Positions 1 to 10,377 of a DNA stretch of 64,000 nucleotides are shown piece by piece (position 1 is the stretch's first letter; each line of letters starts with the position of its first letter). Made by a program: the position numbers and the translations under genes. The stretch is from an uncultured Verrucomicrobiae bacterium (GTDB lineage: Bacteria > Verrucomicrobiota > Verrucomicrobiia > Chthoniobacterales > Chthoniobacteraceae): contig CAWIKF010000002.1 of the NCBI GenBank assembly GCA_963836755.1, positions 2,112,001 through 2,176,000 on the forward strand, written 5' to 3'. Below the pieces are notes generated by a model. That model worked only from the letters and a program-made list of their open reading frames with translations. It searched no databases and was not told the origin of the DNA.

Positions 1-1440
1 GGCGTCAATTTCTTCCTGCAATTTGCGCGACTTGTCGATTTCGGCCTTCTCGCTTTGCCATTGCGCCTTGAGCTGCGAGCTTTGTTCTTTCAAATCCGCC
101 AGCTCTTTTTCGAGTTTCGCGAGACGCTCCTTGCTTGCGGCGTCTTTTTCTTTTTTCAAAGCCTGCCGCTCCATTTCGAGCTGCATCACTTCGCGCTCGA
201 TCACGTCAATCTCCGTCGGCATCGAGTCGAGCTCGATCTTCAAACGCGACGCCGCCTCGTCCATCAAATCGACCGCTTTGTCGGGCAAAAATCGGTCGCT
301 GATGTAGCGATGCGAGAGCACCGCGGCCGCGACGAGCGCCGCGTCCTGAATGCGCACGCCATGATGCACCTCGTAACGCTCTTTTAAACCGCGTAAAATC
401 GCGATCGTATCCTCGACGCTCGGCTCGCCCACTTGCACCGGCTGGAAACGCCGCTCGAGCGCAGCGTCTTTCTCGATGTATTTCCGATATTCATCGAGCG
501 TGGTCGCGCCGATCGTGCGCAGTTCGCCGCGCGCCAGTTGCGGCTTGAGCATGTTGCTCGCATCGACCGCGCCTTCGCTCGCGCCCGCGCCGACGATGGT
601 GTGCAGCTCGTCGATGAACAAAATCACCTCGCCCTCGCTGTCGGTGACTTCTTTCAAAAACGCCTTCAGCCTATCCTCGAATTCTCCGCGAAATTTTGCG
701 CCAGCGAGCATTGAGCCGATGTCCATCGCGACGAGCCGCTTGTTCTTCAAACTCTCCGGCACGTCACCGGAAACGATCCGCCGCGCGAGCCCTTCCACGA
801 TCGCAGTTTTGCCGACACCCGGCTCGCCGATCAGCACCGGATTATTTTTCGTGCGGCGCGAGAGCACCTGCATCACGCGCCGGATTTCGCCGTCGCGCCC
901 GATCACCGGATCGATCTTTCCCTTGCGCGCCGCCGCGGTGAGATCGCGGCCATATTTTTCGAGCGTCTGATATTTTCCCTCGGGATTTTGGTCGGTCACG
1001 CGCTGAGATCCGCGCACCTGCTGGAGCGCCTGCAACAAGCGCGCATGAGTCACGCTCGAGTCACTTAAAAGTTTCGCCGCATCCGTTTTTGACTCACACA
1101 GCGCCAGCAAATAATGCTCCGCGCTCAGATACTCGTCCTTCAGTTTCGCCATCTCTTTTTCCGCCGCGTCGAGCACCGCACGCAACTCGTTTCCGATGAA
1201 AATCTGCGTGCTGCCTTGAACCTTCGCGCGTCGCTGCAAAACCTCGCGCAGCCGATCTTCGAGCGCGGGAATCGAGACGCCGATTTTTTCCAAAAGCGGG
1301 CGCGTTACGCCATCGCTCTGCGCGAGCAATGCCATCAAAAAATGCTCGTTCGTCAGCTCCTGCTGCGAAAATTCCTCCGCAACGTTTTGCGCCTCTTGCA
1401 GCGCCTCCTGCATTTTCTGAGTAAATTTTTCCGGCCGCAT
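1..1440 (-). CDS. clpB: ATP-dependent chaperone ClpB (5' part; runs off the window)
   Basis: Not in the ORF track. Manual minus-strand translation from ATG at 1440 gives [18 protein letters not shown]..., [43 protein letters not shown] (Walker A), LFIDELH and DAALERRFQ. Confidence 0.95.
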   Translation of the reverse strand, partial: MRPEKFTQKMQEALQEAQNVAEEFSQQELTNEHFLMALLAQSDGVTRPLLEKIGVSIPALEDRLREVLQRRAKVQGSTQIFIGNELRAVLDAAEKEMAKLKDEYLSAEHYLLALCESKTDAAKLLSDSSVTHARLLQALQQVRGSQRVTDQNPEGKYQTLEKYGRDLTAAARKGKIDPVIGRDGEIRRVMQVLSRRTKNNPVLIGEPGVGKTAIVEGLARRIVSGDVPESLKNKRLVAMDIGSMLAGAKFRGEFEDRLKAFLKEVTDSEGEVILFIDELHTIVGAGASEGAVDASNMLKPQLARGELRTIGATTLDEYRKYIEKDAALERRFQPVQVGEPSVEDTIAILRGLKERYEVHHGVRIQDAALVAAAVLSHRYISDRFLPDKAVDLMDEAASRLKIELDSMPTEIDVIEREVMQLEMERQALKKEKDAASKERLAKLEKELADLKEQSSQLKAQWQSEKAEIDKSRKLQEEIDA

Positions 1441-1511
1441 CGTTGTAGAAGATGATTCGCGAGAACGGCGCGAACAAGCCGGAAGCGACGGGGAAAAAGC
1501 GGCGCGGGCTT

Positions 1512-2813
1512 TTAAAAATTCAGCATAAACCGCGCGCCAATGACTGTCGCATTGGCCGTCTCCGCAGTCGCGCCGGGATTGATGACGTATTGCAGATCCG
1601 GCTGAAAAGTCAGCCAGTCCGCGAGCGTGATTTGATACGTCGCCTCAATGACGGTCTCGTGATGCGACGCAACGGCTGCACCGAAATCGTCTCGCGCTTC
1701 ATCGCTGATGTGCGTGTAGCTGCAAGCGAGTCCGCAGACGTCCTTGTCGCGGCCCGGCAGCAAGCCTTTGTAGCTCAACCCACCCTCGATGTAGCTTGTC
1801 ACCAGCGCGCGATCGTCCGGCCCCGCCACGCCAAAACGTGTGAAAACATTCAGCCCTTGATCGCTGGCTGCCGCTGGATTTTTTTCATCTTTTTGACAGC
1901 AGCATTTCTCGCGATAGATCGCCTGATCGGCGATAAAGTAAACGCCATAAATGCCGCGTTCCGCGCGACCGCTTTGGTCGAGATTTTCCGATTTTCCAGT
2001 ATCGCAAAATCCGCCGAGCTTGAACGTCCCCGGCAGCCCGACCGCATCCGCGCCTGCATGGGTTTTGTAAGCGGCTTCGACGAGGATGTGCGCGCCGTCG
2101 TCGCCATTGAACGCGAACCGGCCGCCATGTTTGTTGTTGCCGTCCTGCGTGCCGATGTCGCCATCGTAAATTCCCGCGCGCAGAAGGAACGACTCGGCCG
2201 GCGTCCATTCAAGCCGGACAGCGGGCGCGGACGATGGGTAGCCCGGCGTGTCGAAATTCAAGCTCACGACCGGCTGCTGGCCGAAGCAACTGTTGAAAAA
2301 AAGCGCGCCGCTGTCGCAAACCAAAAACTCGGTGTCGGCCGCAAGCTCGCCGAGACGAATGGAAAATTTGTCGCCGAAAAACTTTTGCTCGAACCACGCT
2401 TCATCGAGCCGCACCGAATCGTAGGCGTCGATGTTGCTGACAACGTTTAAATCATGAACATACTTTTGCGTGATGCTCGCGCCGTGCGGATAAAGTGCGT
2501 TCGCAAACAAAGTAGCGCCGTGCCAGCCGCAGATTTTTTCGAGATTGAACTCGATGCCCGCCTTCAGCAAAGCATCGTAAATCGCGCCGCGGCGATAACC
2601 GCCAGAGACGTTTCCGAGGACTTCGCTCGTGTAATTGAACTCGATCTTCACGCCGGGAAAAGGCTGCGTATATTGTTTCATCCGATCGAAAAGCGCGGGG
2701 TTCGCCGGCTGCTGCGCGGCGCTGGCCGATTGCGCGGATGCGCTGGAAGTGAAAAGCGAAATGCAAAGCGCCCCTGCGAGCGGCGCGACACAAGCCGCGA
2801 AGCTTTGTTTCAT
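1512..2813 (-). CDS. OprB-family (carbohydrate-selective-like) porin
   Basis: Signal peptide, [28 protein letters not shown] and a C-terminal Phe, as in OprB porins. Confidence 0.85.
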   Translation of the reverse strand: MKQSFAACVAPLAGALCISLFTSSASAQSASAAQQPANPALFDRMKQYTQPFPGVKIEFNYTSEVLGNVSGGYRRGAIYDALLKAGIEFNLEKICGWHGATLFANALYPHGASITQKYVHDLNVVSNIDAYDSVRLDEAWFEQKFFGDKFSIRLGELAADTEFLVCDSGALFFNSCFGQQPVVSLNFDTPGYPSSAPAVRLEWTPAESFLLRAGIYDGDIGTQDGNNKHGGRFAFNGDDGAHILVEAAYKTHAGADAVGLPGTFKLGGFCDTGKSENLDQSGRAERGIYGVYFIADQAIYREKCCCQKDEKNPAAASDQGLNVFTRFGVAGPDDRALVTSYIEGGLSYKGLLPGRDKDVCGLACSYTHISDEARDDFGAAVASHHETVIEATYQITLADWLTFQPDLQYVINPGATAETANATVIGARFMLNF

Positions 2814-2826
2814 TCCGGCTGCGGGA

Positions 2827-3417
2827 TTAAGCGCAGAGCATGTAAACGCCGCAGCACGCGATCGCTCCGCCAGCGGCGCGCACTAAATTCGGCATCGTGA
2901 TTCTCCGCGAAAACATCCCGAGACCGATGCCAAACAAGTGCAAGCAAGCTGTTGCCGCAATGAAACCGGCGCTGTAAGCAACGCCGGACGCAGTGTCGGA
3001 CATTTCCGCTCCGTGCGCGTGGCCGTGGCAAATGGCAAATCCGGCCACGATGAAAACGCTTGCGACCAATGGCAACCGGACTGCGGCCGCGATCAGCACG
3101 CCGAGGGTCAGCACCGAAAGCATGATCCCTTGTTCTGCAAAAGGAAGTGCGACGCCTGCCATGCCGAGCGCGCCGCCCACCGCCATGACGGTCACGAAAG
3201 TCAGCGGCACGAGCCAAAGCGCGCGGCCTCCTTTTTGCGCAGCCCACAAACCGACGGCGATCATCGCGCAGATGTGATCGAGACCGGTGATCGGATGCTG
3301 CACGCCGTGGAAAAATCCGCTCGTCGGCCCGACGCCGACGTGCGCGTGCGCTAGCGAAGGCGCGAGCAAGGCGAGAGCCAGGAGCGGAAGCGTTTTGACG
3401 AGCGGATTTGTTTTCAT
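2827..3417 (-). CDS. HupE/UreJ-family Ni/Co transporter
   Basis: AHAH signal cleavage followed by HPITGLDH..AM.AVGLW and FAICHGHAHGAE. Start set to ATG 3417 (MKTNP). Confidence 0.9.
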   Translation of the reverse strand: MKTNPLVKTLPLLALALLAPSLAHAHVGVGPTSGFFHGVQHPITGLDHICAMIAVGLWAAQKGGRALWLVPLTFVTVMAVGGALGMAGVALPFAEQGIMLSVLTLGVLIAAAVRLPLVASVFIVAGFAICHGHAHGAEMSDTASGVAYSAGFIAATACLHLFGIGLGMFSRRITMPNLVRAAGGAIACCGVYMLCA

Positions 3418-3586
3418 AGTTACAGTGCTATTCGGATTGCAAAAAAAACCACGTGTGGCGGAGCTGCGGAATCGCGTGGCTCGTGCGAGCACAAATCCGC
3501 TGCGAAATTTCGTCAAGGAAATTCAGGGCGGGAGTGGGCATTACTCGCTCTTGAAAAGAGCGGTGCCTTTGCCGTAGAAAAACAGG

Positions 3587-4024
3587 ATGAACGTGCCAGA
3601 CCTGCGCAGCCCTCACGATAAAGTCGGCGGGATTTTTTACTTCGGGCGAATGCTCGACAAAATCCGCCTTCACGCGCGCGAAAAACTTCCGGAGGATTAT
3701 CAGAAAAATCTCGGCCGCGGCTTTGATGAACGGTGTGTTAACTTTCTGTGGATCGAGTATCCGGCGCTCGTCGAGCAGGTGAAACGCAATGACGCGAGCG
3801 ATGAGGAAATCCTCGAGTGGTGCTTCGCGCAAGGCCGCAAGCTGAGCGACGAGGAGATTGAGATCTGGAATGATTTCATGCGCAAGCGCGGCTGGAACGA
3901 TGAGGTCTCGGCGATCCTCGAGCGGCGTAAAAAAGAAGGCGGTTTCGCGGAACGCGATGATGTCGAGACGATGTTTGATTTCATCGACCTCGACGAAGGG
4001 CGCGATCCGCGCGAGCGCGCCTAG
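3587..4024 (+). CDS. DUF5069-like hypothetical protein
   Basis: LRSP..KVGG..YFGRMLDKIRL and a C-terminal FDFIDLDEGR pattern; SD-like AGGA next to the start. Confidence 0.75.
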   Translation: MNVPDLRSPHDKVGGIFYFGRMLDKIRLHAREKLPEDYQKNLGRGFDERCVNFLWIEYPALVEQVKRNDASDEEILEWCFAQGRKLSDEEIEIWNDFMRKRGWNDEVSAILERRKKEGGFAERDDVETMFDFIDLDEGRDPRERA

Positions 4025-4596
4025 CCGCCGACTGCCGAGGCGGGCGCGACGGGAACCGCCGGCATGAACGGCTGATTGACGATCCGGACTTGCGCGCCGA
4101 CGCCGACAATGTCGAAAAGTTGAATCACGTCGTGCGAGCGCATGCGGATGCAGCCGAAGCTCGCCGGCTGGCCAATTTTTGCTTCTTCCGTCGTGCCGTG
4201 AATGTAAATGCAGCGGCCGAATGCATTCCGATTTTGCGCTTCCAAGCCGCGCAGCCAGAGGATTCGCGAGACGATCGGGTCGCGGCCCGGTGCGTCTGGC
4301 GCGACGATTTCGCCGGTCGCGTGACGGCTCGTGAATTTCATCCCGCTCGGCTCGCCGCCGCCGATTTTGCGCGCGATTTCCATCTCGCCGAGCGGCGTGC
4401 CGCGACTGCCGGGCGTATCGCTCAGACAATATTTCGAGGTCGAAATCGGGAACTCCGCGATCGGCTGATCTTTTTGATAAACGATCATCCGCTGCTCCGG
4501 CACGCTGATGACGATGCGGTGAACTTTGTCTCGCGTGGCGCACGATGAAAGCAGTAGCGCGGCGAGAAGTGGCAGGCAAAGTTTGCGCGCGTGCAT
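4021..4596 (-). CDS. L,D-transpeptidase (YkuD family) lipoprotein
   Basis: Lipobox LLSSC and catalytic motif IYIHGT...ASFGCIRM. Confidence 0.9.
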   Translation of the reverse strand: MHARKLCLPLLAALLLSSCATRDKVHRIVISVPEQRMIVYQKDQPIAEFPISTSKYCLSDTPGSRGTPLGEMEIARKIGGGEPSGMKFTSRHATGEIVAPDAPGRDPIVSRILWLRGLEAQNRNAFGRCIYIHGTTEEAKIGQPASFGCIRMRSHDVIQLFDIVGVGAQVRIVNQPFMPAVPVAPASAVGG

Positions 4597-4627
4597 CCGT
4601 GCCGGGAAAATAATCGGAACCTCATCA

Positions 4628-5101
4628 ATGGCAATTCACACTTTTAGAAAAGCGCAGTTGATCCGCGCGACGCTCGATGACTGCTGGCGCTTTTTTTCCG
4701 ACCCGCGAAACCTCGCACGCATCACGCCGCCGACGCTCGATTTCCGCGTGCTATCCGATTTGCCGCAGAGCATCCGCGCGGGGCTGCTCATCGAATATCG
4801 CGTGCGGCCGCTGCTCGGCGTGCCGGTGCGCTGGCTCACGGAAATCACGCACGTCGATGCGCCGCACTACTTCGTCGATGACCAGCGCGCGGGGCCATAT
4901 CGGATATGGCATCACGAACATTTTTTCGCCGAACAACCGGGCGGCCTCGTGGAAATCCGCGACCTCGTGACTTACGCGTTGCCGTTTGGCCCGTTTGGAA
5001 ATCTCGCGCACCTGCCGATCGTGCTGCCGCAGTTGCGGAAAATTTTTGCCTATCGCGAAAAGGCCGTCGTCGAGATTTTCGGCAAAGTCACGGCAGCGTA
5101 A
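4628..5101 (+). CDS. SRPBCC-family protein
   Basis: FFSDPRNLARITPP, W.TEIT, FVDDQRAGPY..WHHEH. Start set to ATG 4628. Confidence 0.85.
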   Translation: MAIHTFRKAQLIRATLDDCWRFFSDPRNLARITPPTLDFRVLSDLPQSIRAGLLIEYRVRPLLGVPVRWLTEITHVDAPHYFVDDQRAGPYRIWHHEHFFAEQPGGLVEIRDLVTYALPFGPFGNLAHLPIVLPQLRKIFAYREKAVVEIFGKVTAA

Positions 5102-5993
5102 AAGTCTCGCCGACTTCGCGCCAGCCGATCCGCTCCGGCTCGTTCGCAAGCGCGGCTGTGAACCGCGCGATCGGCTCTGCCCTTGGTTCCGCGCTGAGCT
5201 TGAATGTCTGGTGATGGATCGGCAGCAAAACTTTTGCGCCAGCCTGGTTCGCCATCGTGACCGCCTGCTCGGGCGAGCAGTGGCTGCGAATCCACGGATT
5301 GTAAGCGCCGATCGGCACTGCGATCGCGTCGATGCCGCCGGGCCGCGCGACGTGCGAGAAATCGGTGAATGCCGTGTCGCCGGCGATGCAGATGCGGCGG
5401 CCGTTGCGCTCAAGCAGGTAGCCGTTGTAGCCGCGATGATCGTCGCGCCGCATGCGCGCGCCCCAATGCGCCACGCGAAAAGCCTGCACGCGCACACTTC
5501 CGTGCGGGGTTTCGATTTCGCACGCCTCGTCCCAATGAAGCTCGCGCACCGCCGTGAAGTTTGCGCCGGCCAGCAAATCCGCCGTCGCCTTTGCCGTCAC
5601 CGCTTGCGCGCCGCGCGCGACTTTTTTCAAAGTCCATTGATCGAGATGATCCATGTGCGCGTGCGTGAGCAGCACGAGATCGATCGGCGGCAAATCCTCC
5701 ACGCCGAGCGCGGGCGCGATGTAGCGTTTCGGGCCGATGGTGAATGGGCCGAGCTTGAGGCCGATGCGCGGACCGAGCGCGGGATCGGTGAGAACTTTGA
5801 CGCCGAAGAAATTGATGAGCAGCGTCGAATGCCCGAGCCACGCGAGCGTCGCCGCATCGTCCGGCCATCGCGCCGGATCGGGCCGGTGCGGGGCGGGCAG
5901 GATCGGGCGCGAACGCTGCGCGAAAAGTTGCTTTGCAAAACGAAAATCGCGCGGGCTGAAGTGCCGCAGCCACTCCCAGCGCGGCCAATTCAT
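5088..5993 (-). CDS. MBL-fold metallo-hydrolase (RomA/NAPE-PLD-like)
   Basis: WLGHST, THAHMDHLD, AGDT, PIGAY and PIHH motifs. Confidence 0.88.
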   Translation of the reverse strand: MNWPRWEWLRHFSPRDFRFAKQLFAQRSRPILPAPHRPDPARWPDDAATLAWLGHSTLLINFFGVKVLTDPALGPRIGLKLGPFTIGPKRYIAPALGVEDLPPIDLVLLTHAHMDHLDQWTLKKVARGAQAVTAKATADLLAGANFTAVRELHWDEACEIETPHGSVRVQAFRVAHWGARMRRDDHRGYNGYLLERNGRRICIAGDTAFTDFSHVARPGGIDAIAVPIGAYNPWIRSHCSPEQAVTMANQAGAKVLLPIHHQTFKLSAEPRAEPIARFTAALANEPERIGWREVGETFTLP

Positions 5994-6421
5994 CTGCGGC
6001 GGAACTTTTTCATGTCGCGCTCAAAATCCGACCGAGCACCTTCGAGCAGCGTCTTCAGTTCCTCCACGGTAATGTAAGAAGCGCCGAACGCGCTGACGGT
6101 CTGCTGCTCGAGATGATCGGACGTGGCGACCGTCAAATCATGCTGCGACGCGTATGCTGACGCCATCCGCTCGATGAGGTCGTCCGCTGTTTTGTTAGAG
6201 CCTGCATAGAAAACCTGAATCCCTCCTGGTTCGGTAGTTTCCGACCATTTTACGCCTTTGCCGTCAAAAACAACTGCGACGTGTGTGCCAGTCGAATCCT
6301 GATATTCCGTGAGCAATTTCGTCACCGCCTCCCGCGCCAGCGCCTGCCGCTGCGCGTGGAGCTTCCGCATTTCCGGCCACGCAAAAATGACGCTGTGTCC
6401 ATCGACGATCAGAATGCGCAT
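5990..6421 (-). CDS. NYN/PIN-domain RNase (YacP/Rae1-like)
   Basis: LIVDGHS, VVFDG, TADDLIE and VATSD acidic motifs. Confidence 0.85.
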   Translation of the reverse strand: MRILIVDGHSVIFAWPEMRKLHAQRQALAREAVTKLLTEYQDSTGTHVAVVFDGKGVKWSETTEPGGIQVFYAGSNKTADDLIERMASAYASQHDLTVATSDHLEQQTVSAFGASYITVEELKTLLEGARSDFERDMKKFRRR

Positions 6422-6424
6422 GCG

Positions 6425-6616
6425 CTAGCTCATTTCGGCCGAGGCGTTGATCGCGAAGATCTCGCCCGGCTCGCACTCTATATATAATGAGATCGGCCGG
6501 CAGCAGACGGCGCAATCCTCGACCATCGCGTGACTGCCTTGCGAGCTGTCGATCATTGTCGAAAAAGTCTCGCCGCAATGCGGACATTCGATCGCGCTTT
6601 CGATGAGCAGCGACAT
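6425..6616 (-). CDS. CPXCG-motif cysteine-rich small protein
   Basis: CPHCGE...EDCAVCCRP. Confidence 0.85.
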   Translation of the reverse strand: MSLLIESAIECPHCGETFSTMIDSSQGSHAMVEDCAVCCRPISLYIECEPGEIFAINASAEMS

Positions 6617-6967
6617 CTAGGTTGCCGGCAGCGGCAGGCGCGGCGCGTCGCTCCACAAATCCTCGAGCGAGTAGAAGCCGCGTTTGCTCTCGTGAAAAAT
6701 GTGGACGAGCACGTCGGAGTAATCGAGGACGATCCACTGGCTCATCGGATAGCCATCGACGGCGTGGGCGCGGACGCCGTGATCCTCGCGCAGCCGCTCC
6801 TGGATTTCATTGGCGATCGCCTTGAGATGCGGCTCGGAAGTTCCAGCGCAGATCACGAAAAAATCAGTGAAGCTCGAGATGCCGCGCAGGTCGAGCGCGA
6901 CCGGCTTTTCCGCCTTTTTATCGCCGGCGTATTGCACGCAGAGGCTGGCTAGCTTTTCGGCTGTTAT
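6617..6967 (-). CDS. rsfS: Ribosome silencing factor RsfS (start uncertain: ATA at 6967 or GTG at 6937)
   Basis: DKKAE, DFFVIC, WIVLDYSDVLVHIF and RGFYSLEDLW; canonical position downstream of nadD. Confidence 0.92.
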   Translation of the reverse strand: MTAEKLASLCVQYAGDKKAEKPVALDLRGISSFTDFFVICAGTSEPHLKAIANEIQERLREDHGVRAHAVDGYPMSQWIVLDYSDVLVHIFHESKRGFYSLEDLWSDAPRLPLPAT

Positions 6968-7530
6968 AACTCGGGTTCCCGGTAAAGTTTTTCGCGTTCG
7001 ATGATGGCCAGCACTTTGTCCGGAACCAGATAGCGGATTGAAGCGCCTTCCGCAACCCGGCGTCGAATCTCCGTGGCGGAAATGTCGAGCCGCCGCCGAA
7101 GCGTCACAAACGGATGCGGCGTTTTTTCATCCGTGCGATTGAGCACGACGAACTGCACGAGCCGTTGCAACTCATCCACGCGCCGCCACGTGTGCAGCTC
7201 CGGCACATTGTCCTCACCGATCAAATAAAACAGCTCCGCGTCCGGCTCGCGCTCCTTCATTTGTAAAACAGTGTCGATCGCATAGCTCACGCCGCCGCGC
7301 GCGATCTCGCTTTCATCCAGCGTGAAAAGTGGCTCGTCCTCGATGGCGGCGGCGACCATCTCGCGGCGCACGGATGCAGGCGCAGAGCGGCTTTGCGGCT
7401 TGTGCGGCGAGAGCGTGTTTGGGATGAAAATCACGCGCGATAGCTCGAGATATTCCATCGCGTCGCGCGCGAGCACGAGATGGCCGAGATGAATCGGATC
7501 AAAAGTTCCGCCGTAAAGACCGATTCGCAT
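6964..7530 (-). CDS. nadD: Nicotinate-nucleotide adenylyltransferase
   Basis: MRIGLYGGTFDPIHLGH, LIGEDN, ISATEIR. Start at ATG 7530 with upstream GGAG. Confidence 0.95.
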   Translation of the reverse strand: MRIGLYGGTFDPIHLGHLVLARDAMEYLELSRVIFIPNTLSPHKPQSRSAPASVRREMVAAAIEDEPLFTLDESEIARGGVSYAIDTVLQMKEREPDAELFYLIGEDNVPELHTWRRVDELQRLVQFVVLNRTDEKTPHPFVTLRRRLDISATEIRRRVAEGASIRYLVPDKVLAIIEREKLYREPEL

Positions 7531-7541
7531 CGCGGCTCCTT

Positions 7542-8726
7542 TCAATACAGCAGGAACGGCGACCGCTCCGCCTCGAATCGGCTGAGGGTCGCATTCCAGC
7601 TCCCGACGATGCGCGGCACCGGCGTCCGGTTTTCGATCTCCGTCTGGATCGACGCGCTGCCGTAGCTCTTGAAAAAAAGATTCAGTTTGTCCCCGCGCGA
7701 GCGGATGAAAAGATCGGGGCTCGCGCCGGCGTTGAGTTGCTGCAGCAGATAAATGCCGAGCGCCGTGAGGTTCGTCCCATTGTGCGGCTCGATGTGCAGC
7801 CGCACGCCCTGGAAGCCCTGCGCGTATGGCGTAAAAGTTACCCCCGGCGTGTGCAGCTCCTCCATCGCCCGCGTCACGCGCGCCGCGCTCGCGAACTTCG
7901 TCGCCGCGATCTCGAATGGCGTCGCGCCGCCGACTCCGGTCTCGAAGCCCGCCAGCTCGCCGATCATCCCCGTCACCACATAATAAGCAGGCGAGCTCGC
8001 GTAGGGAATATTCGGCGAGGGCTTCACCCATCGCAGCCCCGTATCCTCCCACGTCATCTGCCGGCTCCAGCCGCGCATCCCGACCACCGTCAAATGGCAG
8101 CGCGGCTGCACCCAGCCGAGAGCGTTCGCCATTTTCGCCAGCTCGCCGCACGTCATCCCATGCACATACGGCACCGGCAATTGCCCGATGAAAGAAATCC
8201 AGCGCGCCTCCATCGGCGGCCCTTCCACGCGAATGCCGCCCAGCGGATTCGGCCGGTCGAGCACCACGAAGTCGATCCCCTTTTCCCCGCACGCCTCCAT
8301 GCACTTCGCCATCGTGCTGATGTAGGTGTAACTGCGGCAGCCGATATCCTGCATATCGTAAACGAGTGTATCGATGCCGTTCAACATTTGCGGCGTCGGC
8401 TTGCGCGTCGGTCCGTAGAGCGAATGCGCGGTCAGCCCCGTCACCGGATCGCGCCGCGACGCCACATACCGCCCCGCGCCTTCGGTCCCATCGAGTCCAT
8501 GCTCCGGCGTGAAAAGCGCCACGAGTTTGCAGATGTGCGTGCGGCTGAGAAGCAGCCGCGTGCGCGTGCCGTGGGAATCGACGCCCGTCTGGTTCGTGAC
8601 CAGTCCCACGCGCCGCCCGGCCAGCACCGCGAAGTCGCTCCGTTCCAGCTCATCGATCCCGAGCGACACCGCCGCGCGCGCGGAGATCGCGAGGAGAAGA
8701 TAGATGAAAAGAAAGCGAACCTGCAT
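7542..8726 (-). CDS. DUF1343 / NamZ-like exo-beta-N-acetylmuramidase
   Basis: VGLVTNQTG, PEHG, SLYG, DMQDIGCRSYTYI, LDRPNPLGG, HGMTCGELA, PSPN. Confidence 0.88.
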   Translation of the reverse strand: MQVRFLFIYLLLAISARAAVSLGIDELERSDFAVLAGRRVGLVTNQTGVDSHGTRTRLLLSRTHICKLVALFTPEHGLDGTEGAGRYVASRRDPVTGLTAHSLYGPTRKPTPQMLNGIDTLVYDMQDIGCRSYTYISTMAKCMEACGEKGIDFVVLDRPNPLGGIRVEGPPMEARWISFIGQLPVPYVHGMTCGELAKMANALGWVQPRCHLTVVGMRGWSRQMTWEDTGLRWVKPSPNIPYASSPAYYVVTGMIGELAGFETGVGGATPFEIAATKFASAARVTRAMEELHTPGVTFTPYAQGFQGVRLHIEPHNGTNLTALGIYLLQQLNAGASPDLFIRSRGDKLNLFFKSYGSASIQTEIENRTPVPRIVGSWNATLSRFEAERSPFLLY

Positions 8727-8873
8727 TCAGCACGAAGAGATGATCAAGGCCGCCATCATAGACTTTCGCGCCATTCGGTCAATTTCCACCGCGCGCAAAG
8801 AAAACCTTCCCGCAGCGCACTAAAGATTACCGGCTTATACAGAGGCTGCATGCCGTCAAAAACCAAAAGACAT

Positions 8874-9920
<1,047 letters not shown>

Positions 9921-10054
9921 TCATCGCCGCTGCGCAACGCGTTCCTTGTGGCATTGCATGAATGATTTGCGCGATCTCTTCGACTCGCGATCGGACATGA
10001 AATCGGAACGCCCACGACGCGATCTTCCAAACTGCGGGAACGAAAGACGGTCAC

Positions 10055-10335
10055 GATTTTTCCTCCGCGAGCTGCATTGCGGGCTCATCGTCGTTCGCGC
10101 CGGCGGCGCGAGGCGCGATTAGTGCGCGGGCGGGCAAGAAATTGCTCCGGGAGCTGTGTTGCGAGCTCGCCGCATCTCGCGCGGCCGGATGGAGATCTGA
10201 TTTTCGCTCATCGCGGCTCGCGCTGCCGGCGCGGGGTGCGATGAGCCCGCAGCGCGGGAAGATTTTGCTCCGCGGCTGGTCTCGGGGGCTCATCAGCCCG
10301 GGCGCTGTCGGCGCGAGCGGCGATGAGCCCGCAAT
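10055..10335. repeat. Degenerate 41-nt-period array bounded by a 33-bp inverted repeat
   Basis: GCTC(A/G) motif at 10083, 10165, 10206 and 10288; CGAT(G/T)AG at 10116, 10239 and 10321. All spacings are multiples of 41. Arms 10076-10108 and 10303-10335 are reverse-complementary at 29/33 positions. Confidence 0.8.
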
Positions 10336-10377
10336 CTCCCATCCGGCATTCACGATCTCTTCGCGCTCGCGCAGCGC

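Noticed and set aside
3418..3586. Cobalamin riboswitch upstream of hupE/ureJ
   Set aside because: No B12-box or other cobalamin consensus elements, and the leader is too short.
7531..8304. Apparent long N-terminal extension of NadD in the ORF track
   Set aside because: It overlaps the DUF1343 gene in another frame. NadD homology begins at ATG 7530, which has its own GGAG.
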